Source of the DNA: Candidatus Woesearchaeota archaeon
GTDB lineage: Archaea > Nanobdellota > Nanobdellia > Woesearchaeales > DATGWN01
Assembly: GCA_047639395.1 (NCBI GenBank)
Contig: JBLINR010000003.1
Span: 1 to 36,503, forward strand
Length of the DNA stretch: 36,503 nt
Reading direction: 5' to 3'
The stretch's first letter is position 1. Every line of letters starts with the position of its first letter. The notes below the pieces were generated by a model. That model worked only from the letters and a program-made list of their open reading frames with translations. It made no database searches and had not been told where the DNA came from. Below are positions 26,972 through 35,901 of this stretch, one piece after another. The translations under genes were made by a program, and so were the position numbers.

Positions 26972-27861
26972 GTGACAAACCGTTCTTAATGGTATTACCT
27001 TTGTCTTTAAACAAGAAGTTAGCTTTTCTTTTTCGAGGTTTTGCATTAAAAATTCAACGCTCAGATAAACAATTTGCTCACAATCTAAAAAAATTAGATA
27101 TGGATATTGATGAAGAAGATTATTTGACCTATGCGATGCCAAGCTATATATTATTATCACTTTTTGCTGGGTTTGCAATTTTTTATGTTCTCTTCACAAA
27201 TCCTGCATACGAAACTTGGCGTGCAATACTCATAGGAGGATTAGCCATACTTTTATCTTTTGGAGGATTGTTATATCTATCTTTAAAACATCCAAATTCA
27301 ACCGCAACAGTCAAGGCGGGTTTAATTGATATGTATTTAGGATATGCGCTTAATGATCTTATTTTAGAATTAAACTCTGGAAAAACAATTCACAGCGCAA
27401 TGGTAAGTGTGTCAGAAGCAAATTACGGTCAAGCAAGTGTTGAATTTCGTAAAGTTGTCAAAGAAGCGAATGTAGGTAGACCAATTTTTGATGTAATAAG
27501 AAAGCAAATAGCACTTACTCATTCAGAATACTTAAAAAAAACATATTGGCAATTACTAAACAGCATTAAAGCAGGAAGTGACCTTAAGAAAGGACTAGGT
27601 TCGATCGCGTCTGAATTAACAAATGATCAGCATACAAAAATTGAGAATTATGGACGAGAGCTAAATCTCTGGTCTTTACTATACATGTTGTTTGCAGTTG
27701 CGATCCCGACAATTGGATCCACTATGCTTGTAATTTTATCAAGCTTTGCGGGATACGGAATTACAAAGGGCACATTTATTATTTTTTTGATACTATCTTC
27801 ATTTATGCAGTTAGGATTAATTCACTTCGTTAAATCACGAAGACCATTAGTACACTTTTAG
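26968..27861 (+). CDS. Type II secretion system F-family (TadB/TadC-like) pilus platform protein
   Basis: Two N-terminal TMs, SG..I..A...V....YG..S.EF..VV.E...G motif, C-terminal TMs. Coupled to the ATPase by an ATGA overlap. Confidence 0.88.
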   Translation: MSDKPFLMVLPLSLNKKLAFLFRGFALKIQRSDKQFAHNLKKLDMDIDEEDYLTYAMPSYILLSLFAGFAIFYVLFTNPAYETWRAILIGGLAILLSFGGLLYLSLKHPNSTATVKAGLIDMYLGYALNDLILELNSGKTIHSAMVSVSEANYGQASVEFRKVVKEANVGRPIFDVIRKQIALTHSEYLKKTYWQLLNSIKAGSDLKKGLGSIASELTNDQHTKIENYGRELNLWSLLYMLFAVAIPTIGSTMLVILSSFAGYGITKGTFIIFLILSSFMQLGLIHFVKSRRPLVHF

Positions 27862-27873
27862 AGAATAAGAAAA

Positions 27874-28863
27874 ATGATATCACTACGAAAACGGTTTCTG
27901 TATGGATTGTCAGGAGCACTTCCTGGTGTATATAAGCGACAGCTTCGTGAAGTATTACAATTTAGTGGTGTAACTGACCCCTTCGAACGATGGGGAGGAA
28001 TTGCTGCAGTACTTACGTTATGTGGCTGTTTGTTCTTTCTTATTTTAGGATTTGTTATTCCTGCTCCATTTTCATATGTATCATTTGTAGCTTTCGGTTT
28101 GTTTCTTATTATTGGCCCATATTCAATTTACACATATTTTTATTTTAAGGCAAGTAATCGTGTTGAAGAAGTCAATAAAGTTCTTCCTAATGCGTTAAGT
28201 ATGATTGCAGCAAACATGAGTAGTGGAGTAACACCTTTCCAAGCTGTAAAAATGGCAGCACTACCTGAGTTTGGTGTGCTGGGAGAGTTATTTGAGCGTG
28301 CAACTTCGAAAGCACAAGGTACGGAGAGTTTCACAACCTATCTAAAAGAAATGACGCAGTTTGTAAATTCAGAGCCACTTGAACGAAGTGTGCGGTTGTT
28401 TAGTACTAGTCTGAAAAGTGGTGGGAAAGTTGTAAACTTACTACGAGACCTAGCAAAAGATATTTCTGACCGTGACAAACTTAAGGGTGAGCTTATGACA
28501 AATATGCGAACAAATCTTATGTTTATTGTTTTTATTATTGTTGTTGGTACGCCAATGTTATTAAGTATCTCAATCTATTTTGTTGATGAAGTAGGTGAAA
28601 TTCAAGGTGGACTAGACTTAAGTTCTCCCGCATTAGAAGGAACCTCCCTTGGTGGCGGTGAGCTTGCAATTGATGGGGAATTCTTACGATATGTTTCCTT
28701 TGCATTATTATTCATTACAGGACTGTTGGCAGGAATGTTTTTAGGTGGCGTTTTAGAAGGAAATCTTACATATGGGTTTAGATTCAGTCCGTTTATTATT
28801 ATTGCATCACTTGTATTGTTTGCTGTTGCGCAGTTCTTAGTAAATAATTATCTTGGTAAGTAG
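27874..28863 (+). CDS. Type II secretion system F-family (TadC-like) pilus platform protein
   Basis: RVEEVNKVLPNALSMIAANMSSGVTPFQA...EFGVLGELF...SLKSGG....LL..LA.D motif with flanking TMs. Confidence 0.9.
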   Translation: MISLRKRFLYGLSGALPGVYKRQLREVLQFSGVTDPFERWGGIAAVLTLCGCLFFLILGFVIPAPFSYVSFVAFGLFLIIGPYSIYTYFYFKASNRVEEVNKVLPNALSMIAANMSSGVTPFQAVKMAALPEFGVLGELFERATSKAQGTESFTTYLKEMTQFVNSEPLERSVRLFSTSLKSGGKVVNLLRDLAKDISDRDKLKGELMTNMRTNLMFIVFIIVVGTPMLLSISIYFVDEVGEIQGGLDLSSPALEGTSLGGGELAIDGEFLRYVSFALLFITGLLAGMFLGGVLEGNLTYGFRFSPFIIIASLVLFAVAQFLVNNYLGK

Positions 28864-28920
28864 AGCATTACAGCTTAAAGAATGAAAAAGTATATAGATA
28901 CCTGTCGTCTAGATGCTTAT

Positions 28921-29364
28921 ATGCGTCGTACACAAGGACAAACATCAGCTGAGTTTATTATTATCACATCACTTGTATTACTTGTACTTCTTGCAATTTT
29001 TAATGTAAGTATATATTCTGCAAATGTCACTACATCAGCAAGAATTAGCGAAGAGAGAGCATACTTTTCCCAGTTACCTGTTGGTATCCTTTCAATTGAA
29101 CAAACATCAATTGGGCTTGCTGTGGGTGTGACAAACACTATTCGTGAACCAGTTGAAGTAAGTCAGATTGTCATTGATAGTACAAATATATTAAGTTCTC
29201 CAATCATTTTGAATACATCACAAATTAAAATCATAAATAGCACAGTGGTTCGAGGAGCCGATACCTTCTCTTATCCAGTCAAAATTGTCTATAAACGAAT
29301 TTCAAGTGGTGAGACTATAACAATTGCTCCGGATATCCACTATACAGGATTGTCAGTTTCTTAG
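28921..29364 (+). CDS. Type IV pilin-like protein (class III signal peptide)
   Basis: MRRTQG|QTSAEF followed by a hydrophobic helix. ATG 28921 gives a typical short leader; the ORF track starts at 28882. Confidence 0.8.
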   Translation: MRRTQGQTSAEFIIITSLVLLVLLAIFNVSIYSANVTTSARISEERAYFSQLPVGILSIEQTSIGLAVGVTNTIREPVEVSQIVIDSTNILSSPIILNTSQIKIINSTVVRGADTFSYPVKIVYKRISSGETITIAPDIHYTGLSVS

Positions 29365-29435
29365 TTATTTTAGAGTAACTATTATTAGTGAAATAGGCTA
29401 AAAAAGATCTTTTTTGTATTGAAAACACCGTATAA

Positions 29436-29453
29436 ACGTAACCTTTATAAATA
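29436..29453 (+). promoter_or_regulatory. BRE-TATA promoter of the putative major pilin
   Basis: TTTATAAATA at 29444-29453 and SD GAGGT at 29503-29507. Confidence 0.6.
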
Positions 29454-29516
29454 TCAGTATGGATTTAAGTATATTACTATGGGTTTACCTGTAGACTAAT
29501 ATGAGGTAATAAAAAA

Positions 29517-30047
29517 ATGAAAATGCTAAATTTAATGAAAAAAGCGCAAACAGCAACTGAATACTTAATTATTCTGGCTGTAGTAATTATTATTGCGTTA
29601 ATTGTAGTAAGTGTTCTAGGAGGTCCTTTGGCAGCCGGTGGACAAGCAACAACGTCAGCGAGTGAAAGTTATTGGAAAGCAAACAAGCCTATTTCAATTA
29701 CGCAAGGACTTATGTCAAGTACTGCTAATGATAAACTTGTTCTCAAAAACAATGGTGATCGACCTATTCGGATAAACAACATCTCACTAGATGATAGAGT
29801 TATTGGTCGAGGATCAGGTGCTGGTTTTACTTCCGGTCAGGTTAAACAATTAGCTCCTGGACAGTCATTCACATATACAAACAAGACTTCTTGGCTAAAC
29901 GTCCTTAATTCGTTTCCATCAACAACTTGTGTTGCAGGAAGTTCATGGTCTGTTTCCGTAAAAGTGAACTATACTGATGTAAAATCAGGTGGAGTATTCC
30001 AGTTAATTGAAGATGAACAAAAACTAGAAGGTGTTTGTGCTAACTGA
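29517..30047 (+). CDS. Probable major type IV pilin (class III signal peptide)
   Basis: KKA|QTATEYLIILAVVIIIALIV and a C-terminal Cys pair. It is the only pilin gene with its own promoter and terminator. Confidence 0.85.
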   Translation: MKMLNLMKKAQTATEYLIILAVVIIIALIVVSVLGGPLAAGGQATTSASESYWKANKPISITQGLMSSTANDKLVLKNNGDRPIRINNISLDDRVIGRGSGAGFTSGQVKQLAPGQSFTYTNKTSWLNVLNSFPSTTCVAGSSWSVSVKVNYTDVKSGGVFQLIEDEQKLEGVCAN

Positions 30048-30054
30048 GCACAAC

Positions 30055-30082
30055 TTCTTTTTTTCTTTTTTTTAATTTTTTT
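30055..30082 (+). terminator. Archaeal oligo-T terminator
   Basis: TTCTTTTTTTCTTTTTTTTAATTTTTTT begins 7 nt after the pilin stop codon. Confidence 0.65.
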
Positions 30083-30132
30083 ATAATATGATATACTAAT
30101 TATACTCATCATTATCACTAACTCACGCTCCT

Positions 30133-31728
30133 ATGACAACACAATCGTCACACCAACATATTGAAACATTTACACAATCTCGCATTTCTTCTGGTGACAG
30201 CCTAGATTCTATTAAACAAAAACTACGATTATTTGGTTCTGAAACTACTCCTATAGCTTCTGATGAATGGTATGAATTATTACGTATGGTTGATTATATT
30301 AGCCGTGAAGAACATCATCACATCCCCTTGCCACTTATTCGTAGAGCATTGCTTGATTCTGGATGGGGTAAAAAACTTGTTACTGCAGCAATTGTTATAT
30401 CACAATCACATCTTCCACGTCCAAAAGAAATAATCGAAGGAGATAAAGAACTTTCAGACATTGATAAACTTAACAAAGAAGTAAAAGAAAAAGTAAAAAA
30501 AACGCAACATATTGCTGAACAACTTGAACACGATCGAGAAAGAATCGCTCATCAGTTCGTAAAAAGCAAGTTTATACGAAAGCATCATTTCTATACGGAT
30601 ACGGTTGAGACGACATATAAAAAAGAAATTGCTGATCAAAAGCAGGAAATTCAAGATCAAATAAATTCTCTAAAACAAAATGCACTTAGACAAAAAGCAC
30701 AGATCACTCAAGTTCAGCTAAAAACGTCTGATCCAAAAAAAGGTGGGAACTCAAGTGGCGGTGCAAGTTCACAAGGCAAGATTGAACTTGATAATGGTAC
30801 AGGTGCAGAGGACGATCACTCAGTTCACATTCACGCTGACGCATTAAAATTTGATGGTGCAGCAGACCCTACATTACAAGCAAAAATGGATTTACTTGAA
30901 CAGAAAATGCTAAATATGTCAAGTAGTACTGGTGGGCCAGCTCCAAAAGGTGCAGTGTATGGGCAAGGAGCTATGGTTAACAAGTTCGCACCTGAAGAAT
31001 TAAAATTTGCAGACAAGGCACGTGGTGACAGAGCACAGACTGGTCTTGGTGACCTTGATAAAATTATAGATGGTGGTTTTCCAAGAGGAGCAACAACACT
31101 TGTATCAGGTGGTGCAGGTACTGGAAAGACAACACTTGCATTACAATTTATTGTTAATGGCATTATTGTAAACAATGAACCTGGTGTCTATATCACATTC
31201 GAACAAACAAGAGATGCAATTTTACAATTAGGTGTTCAGTTTGGGTGGGATTTACCAAAACTTGAAGAAGAAGGGAAATTAGTAATTAGAGAATATACTC
31301 CTGAACAGATTTCAAAAGCCTTACGTTCAGGTGGAGGTAGTTTCCGTGATTTATTAGATTCTATTAGCGCAAAGCGTCTTGCAATTGACAGTATAACAGA
31401 ATATATTGCAATGTTTGAAGGTGAAAAATCACAACGTAAAAAACTTACAGAATTATTTAAGACATTTAAGAAATGGAATATCACAACTGTTGTAATTGGT
31501 GAAGAAGAATCATCACCTCATATGCATACATCATCTGTACTTGATTACGAATCAGACGGAGTTGTTCTTCTGTATAACGAGCGAAAAGGTGACTTTAGGC
31601 AACGATCCTTTGAAATATTTAAGATGCGAGGAACAATGCATGCAGGCCGTATTTTCCCTATGACAATTAGTGATGCTGAAGGAGTAACTATTCATATTAG
31701 AGATGTAGATTTGGTTGATGAAATATGA
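30133..31728 (+). CDS. KaiC-like (RecA-superfamily) ATPase with ~300-aa N-terminal helical/coiled-coil extension
   Basis: TGLGDLDKIIDGGFPRG, Walker A GGAGTGKT (31108-31131), GVYITFEQ, FGWD, RLAIDSI, SDGVVLL and R.FEIFKMRGT.H define a single KaiC domain. Confidence 0.88.
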   Translation: MTTQSSHQHIETFTQSRISSGDSLDSIKQKLRLFGSETTPIASDEWYELLRMVDYISREEHHHIPLPLIRRALLDSGWGKKLVTAAIVISQSHLPRPKEIIEGDKELSDIDKLNKEVKEKVKKTQHIAEQLEHDRERIAHQFVKSKFIRKHHFYTDTVETTYKKEIADQKQEIQDQINSLKQNALRQKAQITQVQLKTSDPKKGGNSSGGASSQGKIELDNGTGAEDDHSVHIHADALKFDGAADPTLQAKMDLLEQKMLNMSSSTGGPAPKGAVYGQGAMVNKFAPEELKFADKARGDRAQTGLGDLDKIIDGGFPRGATTLVSGGAGTGKTTLALQFIVNGIIVNNEPGVYITFEQTRDAILQLGVQFGWDLPKLEEEGKLVIREYTPEQISKALRSGGGSFRDLLDSISAKRLAIDSITEYIAMFEGEKSQRKKLTELFKTFKKWNITTVVIGEEESSPHMHTSSVLDYESDGVVLLYNERKGDFRQRSFEIFKMRGTMHAGRIFPMTISDAEGVTIHIRDVDLVDEI

Positions 31729-32147
31729 AAATATCGCGTATAACTTTGCGTGCACAAAGCTCAGTAGAATCAATTGTTATATTTAGTTTATTACTAATCA
31801 TTTTAATTATTATTATCACAGCGAGTTCTGATTCAATTAGTAACTATCGATATGTGCAAGCAAATTCATTATTAGATTCTACATTAGCAAAAAGTATTGA
31901 TACTGCGGACTATGTATATTTACAAGGATCAGGAAGCAAGCAAAAATTGTTTATTGAGCTCCCAAATAGCATGAACAATACTGTTATAAACGCCTCTATA
32001 CTTGAATTACATATACTTGGAGAGGATGGTAATATCATTATTTATGCTCGTGGAGCAAATCAACAACTTGCGGGAACATTTCCATCAACGCCTGGTAGAC
32101 ACCTGATTACGGTAACTGCAAATGACACGCACGCAATTTTTTCCTAG
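31725..32147 (+). CDS. Minor pilin-like protein (class III signal peptide)
   Basis: LRA|QSSVES plus hydrophobic helix and A..VY.QG.GS motif. ATGA overlap with the KaiC-like gene. Confidence 0.8.
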   Translation: MKISRITLRAQSSVESIVIFSLLLIILIIIITASSDSISNYRYVQANSLLDSTLAKSIDTADYVYLQGSGSKQKLFIELPNSMNNTVINASILELHILGEDGNIIIYARGANQQLAGTFPSTPGRHLITVTANDTHAIFS

Positions 32148-32544
32148 AGCACAAGTTTCAACTGAGTTTGTTGTTATTATAGGAATATTTCTCATTGTTA
32201 TGACAGTTATCTTTGGAACATTTTCGGACAGAGTTATTTTTTTGAAACAAAAACAAATTCAAAACGAAATTTCTCAAGTGGCAGATGAAATTGCAGCTGG
32301 TATAAATCAAGTCTCATTTTTAGGAAACGGTACAATAAAAATAGTACGAGTATCAGATATACTTTATGCGGGAAATATTAGTGTGTCAGTATACAATTCG
32401 AGTGCAACAGTCTCAACAAGATATCGTGATTTTGAATACTCTGCAACACTTGCAACATCTCGTTTTAATTCATCAAATGTAACATATTCTAATATTAGAC
32501 TCACAAACGACGAGGGAAAAATACTCATCGAAGATTTTGAATAA
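32122..32544 (+). CDS. Minor pilin-like protein (class III signal peptide)
   Basis: PRA|QVSTEF plus hydrophobic helix and IA..IN.V...G.G motif. Confidence 0.8.
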   Translation: MTRTQFFPRAQVSTEFVVIIGIFLIVMTVIFGTFSDRVIFLKQKQIQNEISQVADEIAAGINQVSFLGNGTIKIVRVSDILYAGNISVSVYNSSATVSTRYRDFEYSATLATSRFNSSNVTYSNIRLTNDEGKILIEDFE

Positions 32545-33076
32545 AAGAGGTCAAGGGTTTAGTACTGATTTACTTATTGCTATGGGTATTTTTCTTATTG
32601 TACTTGTTGCAAGTCTTACTGCATATTCTCAAATAATTAGAACAAGTGATGAACGAGCAGAGCATGCATATTTACAAAAAATCACACAAGGTGCAAGTCA
32701 AATATTATTTACAACGGCCGGTGGTCCAAGTAATTGGGAAACACTCTCAACGGCAAACTTTATACGAGAGAATGTACAGTATCTTGGATTAACAACTGGG
32801 ACCCGTGGTCAAATTCAAAGTGACAAATTACAAGCCTTTGTTGATCAAAATGCATCACGATATGAAGTGATCAGAGCAATTCTTGGTTTAGATGGTTTTG
32901 ATTATTATTTCAAAGGATACCGTTATGATGGTGTATTAAATGGATTTGAGGTAACACCTTCTTATGTCTCAGGAAAACGATCTACTCAAGCAACTACTGT
33001 TGAAATTGCACAAGGGATATTCTTAGAAAATGGAACAAAAGATTGGCTTCACTTAGTATTAGAGGTATACTCTTAA
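32537..33076 (+). CDS. Minor pilin-like protein (class III signal peptide)
   Basis: TTG start; MNKRG|QGFSTDLLIAMGIFLIVL; T.G.P.NWE and LGL motifs. Confidence 0.78.
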   Translation: MNKRGQGFSTDLLIAMGIFLIVLVASLTAYSQIIRTSDERAEHAYLQKITQGASQILFTTAGGPSNWETLSTANFIRENVQYLGLTTGTRGQIQSDKLQAFVDQNASRYEVIRAILGLDGFDYYFKGYRYDGVLNGFEVTPSYVSGKRSTQATTVEIAQGIFLENGTKDWLHLVLEVYS

Positions 33077-33486
33077 TGAAAAAACGAGCTGTCTTTTTTA
33101 CTCTTGATGCTTTCTTTGCTTTACTTGTCGTTTTTATCATTGGGACTTTTATTTTTGTTCATCTAAATCAAGCAACTGTTTCTCCTTCTACTCGCTTACA
33201 GAATCTTGCTCAAGATAGTTTATTAGTACTTGAACTAAATGGAACTCTTTCTAATGCTGTAGCAGGTTCTAATGCGACAATCGTTGCGTATTTGAACACT
33301 GTTCTTCCACAAAGTGTTTGTGGCAATATTACTATTTTTGATGCTTCAGACACATTAATTCGCGTTTCTCATAAAGAAGCGTGTAATACCTATACACCAT
33401 CAATCATTCAAACAGCGCAGTCTTCAATTTTTAGTGTAGACGAAGTATACTATGTAACGGCTGAGTTTTGGAGGAATGTGAAATGA
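33076..33486 (+). CDS. Minor pilin-like protein (class III signal peptide)
   Basis: ATG 33076 (TAATG overlap, GAGGT SD) gives MKKRA|VFFTLDAFFALL; A.D.L..L...G.L motif. Confidence 0.78.
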   Translation: MKKRAVFFTLDAFFALLVVFIIGTFIFVHLNQATVSPSTRLQNLAQDSLLVLELNGTLSNAVAGSNATIVAYLNTVLPQSVCGNITIFDASDTLIRVSHKEACNTYTPSIIQTAQSSIFSVDEVYYVTAEFWRNVK

Positions 33487-34355
33487 TTCTTTCAATTCGT
33501 GCAAAGAATGGAATTATATTTAGCCTTATGACTCTATTTTTGTTTGGAATTTTATTTAACTTCTCTTTATCACTTGTTGAAAAAAACCAAGCAGATACAA
33601 AACTAGTTTTTGAGTATGCGGAGAGTTCTAAAATAAATCATCTTATTGGAGAGTTAGCATCAACATACTCTGATATCATGGATATTACTGCATTTCGATT
33701 TTTAATAGATGCAAGTACAATTCAGGCTTATTTTATTGGTGATGTTTCTATGGATGATTTGTCAGCAAGGTTCACTGAATTTGCCGCAATGTATCAAGAA
33801 TTAGAATCTGAATCACATATCAATGTAACTATGGTAAACTTGAACCAAAATATGCATATTGTTCCCTATCAACAAGATATTTTATTTGAAACAGATCACG
33901 TGATTTTAGATATCACTGATTCGAATGCACATCATTTAAATTTAATTTTTCTTAATATCACCTTTGCTCATGAAGTGACAGGAGAAACCAACACCTTTTC
34001 TGATGACGGTGCTGACGGTGTTCATATTAGAGTGAATGTCACTGATAACACGAGCACTATTTACCAACTTAGCACAAGACTTGCAATTAATGAAGCAAAT
34101 GAGAAATTTGAACTTGCAACACTATCTGCAGGTGTACTACGTGTTTTATTCGGTGATTTAAATCAGAGTATTGGGACATTTGTTTTACACGTTAATGATA
34201 GTGATAATATAACTATTGAAGAAATACGATTTGCGTATGATATTAATCACTCGTTCCAATACACACAACTTATGACAAATGGTACTATTCATGTACAAAC
34301 TCCAACCTTTGAAATTAATACATCACTTGTCTTAGCAAAAGGTGAAACGCAATGA
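33483..34355 (+). CDS. Pilin-like/pilus-associated protein with N-terminal class III-like signal
   Basis: ATG 33483 (ATGA overlap, GGAGG SD) gives MILSIRAKNG|IIFSLMTLFLF, a single N-terminal hydrophobic helix. Confidence 0.68.
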   Translation: MILSIRAKNGIIFSLMTLFLFGILFNFSLSLVEKNQADTKLVFEYAESSKINHLIGELASTYSDIMDITAFRFLIDASTIQAYFIGDVSMDDLSARFTEFAAMYQELESESHINVTMVNLNQNMHIVPYQQDILFETDHVILDITDSNAHHLNLIFLNITFAHEVTGETNTFSDDGADGVHIRVNVTDNTSTIYQLSTRLAINEANEKFELATLSAGVLRVLFGDLNQSIGTFVLHVNDSDNITIEEIRFAYDINHSFQYTQLMTNGTIHVQTPTFEINTSLVLAKGETQ

Positions 34356-34795
34356 AATCTCAGTCTTCAGTTGAACTAATAACAATTGTTGCAGTATTAC
34401 TTATTATACTTTCATTATGGACATTCTCTATTCGTTCACAATCTGCAGTTGTTAGAGTATTTGATGATGAGAATTCTCGGATATATTGGAAATCAACTCC
34501 TATTGCACTAAATCAATTTTGGTTTAATGGAGAAGTCATTTCATTTGAAATACAGAATAAATTATTTGATGAAGTGAATATAACAAATATTGCAGTAAGT
34601 GGTAATCTGATATTTAATGGAACACTTATACTTACTCCTGGTCAGCAGAATCAATCGAACTTTTCTTTCTATCAAGTATATGAAGACAATGAGCCATATA
34701 CATTTGATGTGAATATTACGTATTCTTTTACAAGAACAAATCAATCATACATATTTTATGGACAATACGCACTTGTTGGGAGAGTACAGGAATGA
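34352..34795 (+). CDS. Pilin-like protein (class III signal peptide)
   Basis: MKS|QSSVEL plus hydrophobic helix. It shares the YW...PI, L.PGQ and V.I.Y motifs with the pilin at 29517. Confidence 0.8.
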   Translation: MKSQSSVELITIVAVLLIILSLWTFSIRSQSAVVRVFDDENSRIYWKSTPIALNQFWFNGEVISFEIQNKLFDEVNITNIAVSGNLIFNGTLILTPGQQNQSNFSFYQVYEDNEPYTFDVNITYSFTRTNQSYIFYGQYALVGRVQE

Positions 34796-35892
34796 AAGCA
34801 CAGACTTCAGCTGAGTTTTTAGTTATTATTTCTGTTATTATATTATTACTTGCAATTATCATTACTCCAACGTTTGATTTAGTTAATCCATTATCTGCGC
34901 CAAAAAGCACACAAGATTATTGGGGTGGTACACCTATCAAAATACTTGCAACTGGTTTTAACCAAACACATATAGCATTTACTTTTCAAGAAAATATTGG
35001 TGCTATGACAAATATAACTGGGATAAGCATTGATGGCATATTAGTCTTCTCAGATGAATTCTATATCTTTGAAGAAGATGTATTTTCGGTTTTTTTTGCA
35101 TTTGAACCTGAAGTGTATGAAACTGCTGATAGTTATGAGTTTGATGTTACTATCAATTATACAAACTTAAAAACAAATCAAACAGCAACCTTTGTTGGAC
35201 AACGACCTATTGTTGGAAAGGTTAGTGGTGGTGCTTTTGGTAAAGGTGTGTTTGATGGATCAGTATATGCTTCGCTCATCATGTTATTTCCTGGAGGGAA
35301 ATCATTATTTGAAAATTGGTTTGATCGTAGTTATTCAAACAATGTGGTTAACTGTAGTGGTTTGTCATGTGCTGTTTGGAATGATTCTCAAGACGGATAT
35401 TATTTTAACAATGTGAACGCATATACAACTGAATCTCCTCAGTTTTTACCAACAGGAACGGAGTCTCGAGCAATTTCTTATTGGTTACAAACCACAGGGG
35501 TAAGTGTTATTGCCGTTTTATGGGGTTCGCCTGTTGATACACAAAATTATTTTACTGGTTTTTATGATGCAGCAGCATGTGATACTGGTAGTGGAAAAAA
35601 AGCACTTGCAGGTACACGAGGTACAGGAAATAATATTTGTTCAAACACGACGGTAACAACTGGATGGCATCATGTAGTTGTGAGTTATGATGGTACACGC
35701 CACTTTTTATACTTAGATGGTGTCTTAGAAAATAAGAAAGTTATTACAACTGCAACAACTGGTATAGATTTTTACATTGGGCGCGATGATGATAATAATG
35801 AAGCATTAAATGGGCATCTCTCAAATATTATGGTATTTAATGATTCTCTTAATTCAGGGCAAGCAAAAGCCTTATATGTATATGGCAGGTAA
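34792..35892 (+). CDS. Pilin-like protein fused to a LamG/concanavalin A-like lectin domain (candidate pilus adhesin)
   Basis: MKA|QTSAEF and a pilin body, then ISYWLQT...GWHHVVVSYDG....LYLDG...FYIG...LNGHLSNIMVFNDSL. Confidence 0.85.
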   Translation: MKAQTSAEFLVIISVIILLLAIIITPTFDLVNPLSAPKSTQDYWGGTPIKILATGFNQTHIAFTFQENIGAMTNITGISIDGILVFSDEFYIFEEDVFSVFFAFEPEVYETADSYEFDVTINYTNLKTNQTATFVGQRPIVGKVSGGAFGKGVFDGSVYASLIMLFPGGKSLFENWFDRSYSNNVVNCSGLSCAVWNDSQDGYYFNNVNAYTTESPQFLPTGTESRAISYWLQTTGVSVIAVLWGSPVDTQNYFTGFYDAAACDTGSGKKALAGTRGTGNNICSNTTVTTGWHHVVVSYDGTRHFLYLDGVLENKKVITTATTGIDFYIGRDDDNNEALNGHLSNIMVFNDSLNSGQAKALYVYGR

Positions 35893-35901
35893 CTTTAGAT
35901 A

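Noticed and set aside
24857-31728. Archaellum operon
   Set aside because: There are no archaellin-like or ArlF/G sequences. There are two separate platform genes rather than one ArlJ, and the pilins are QxSxE type.
31030-31728. Circadian clock KaiC or RadA recombinase
   Set aside because: It is a single domain with no ST phospho-sites, no kaiA or kaiB nearby, and no RadA N-terminal HhH domain.
2809-35416. Numerous 60-120 aa alternative-frame and antisense ORFs in the track
   Set aside because: All overlap longer, motif-supported genes and show no recognisable motifs.
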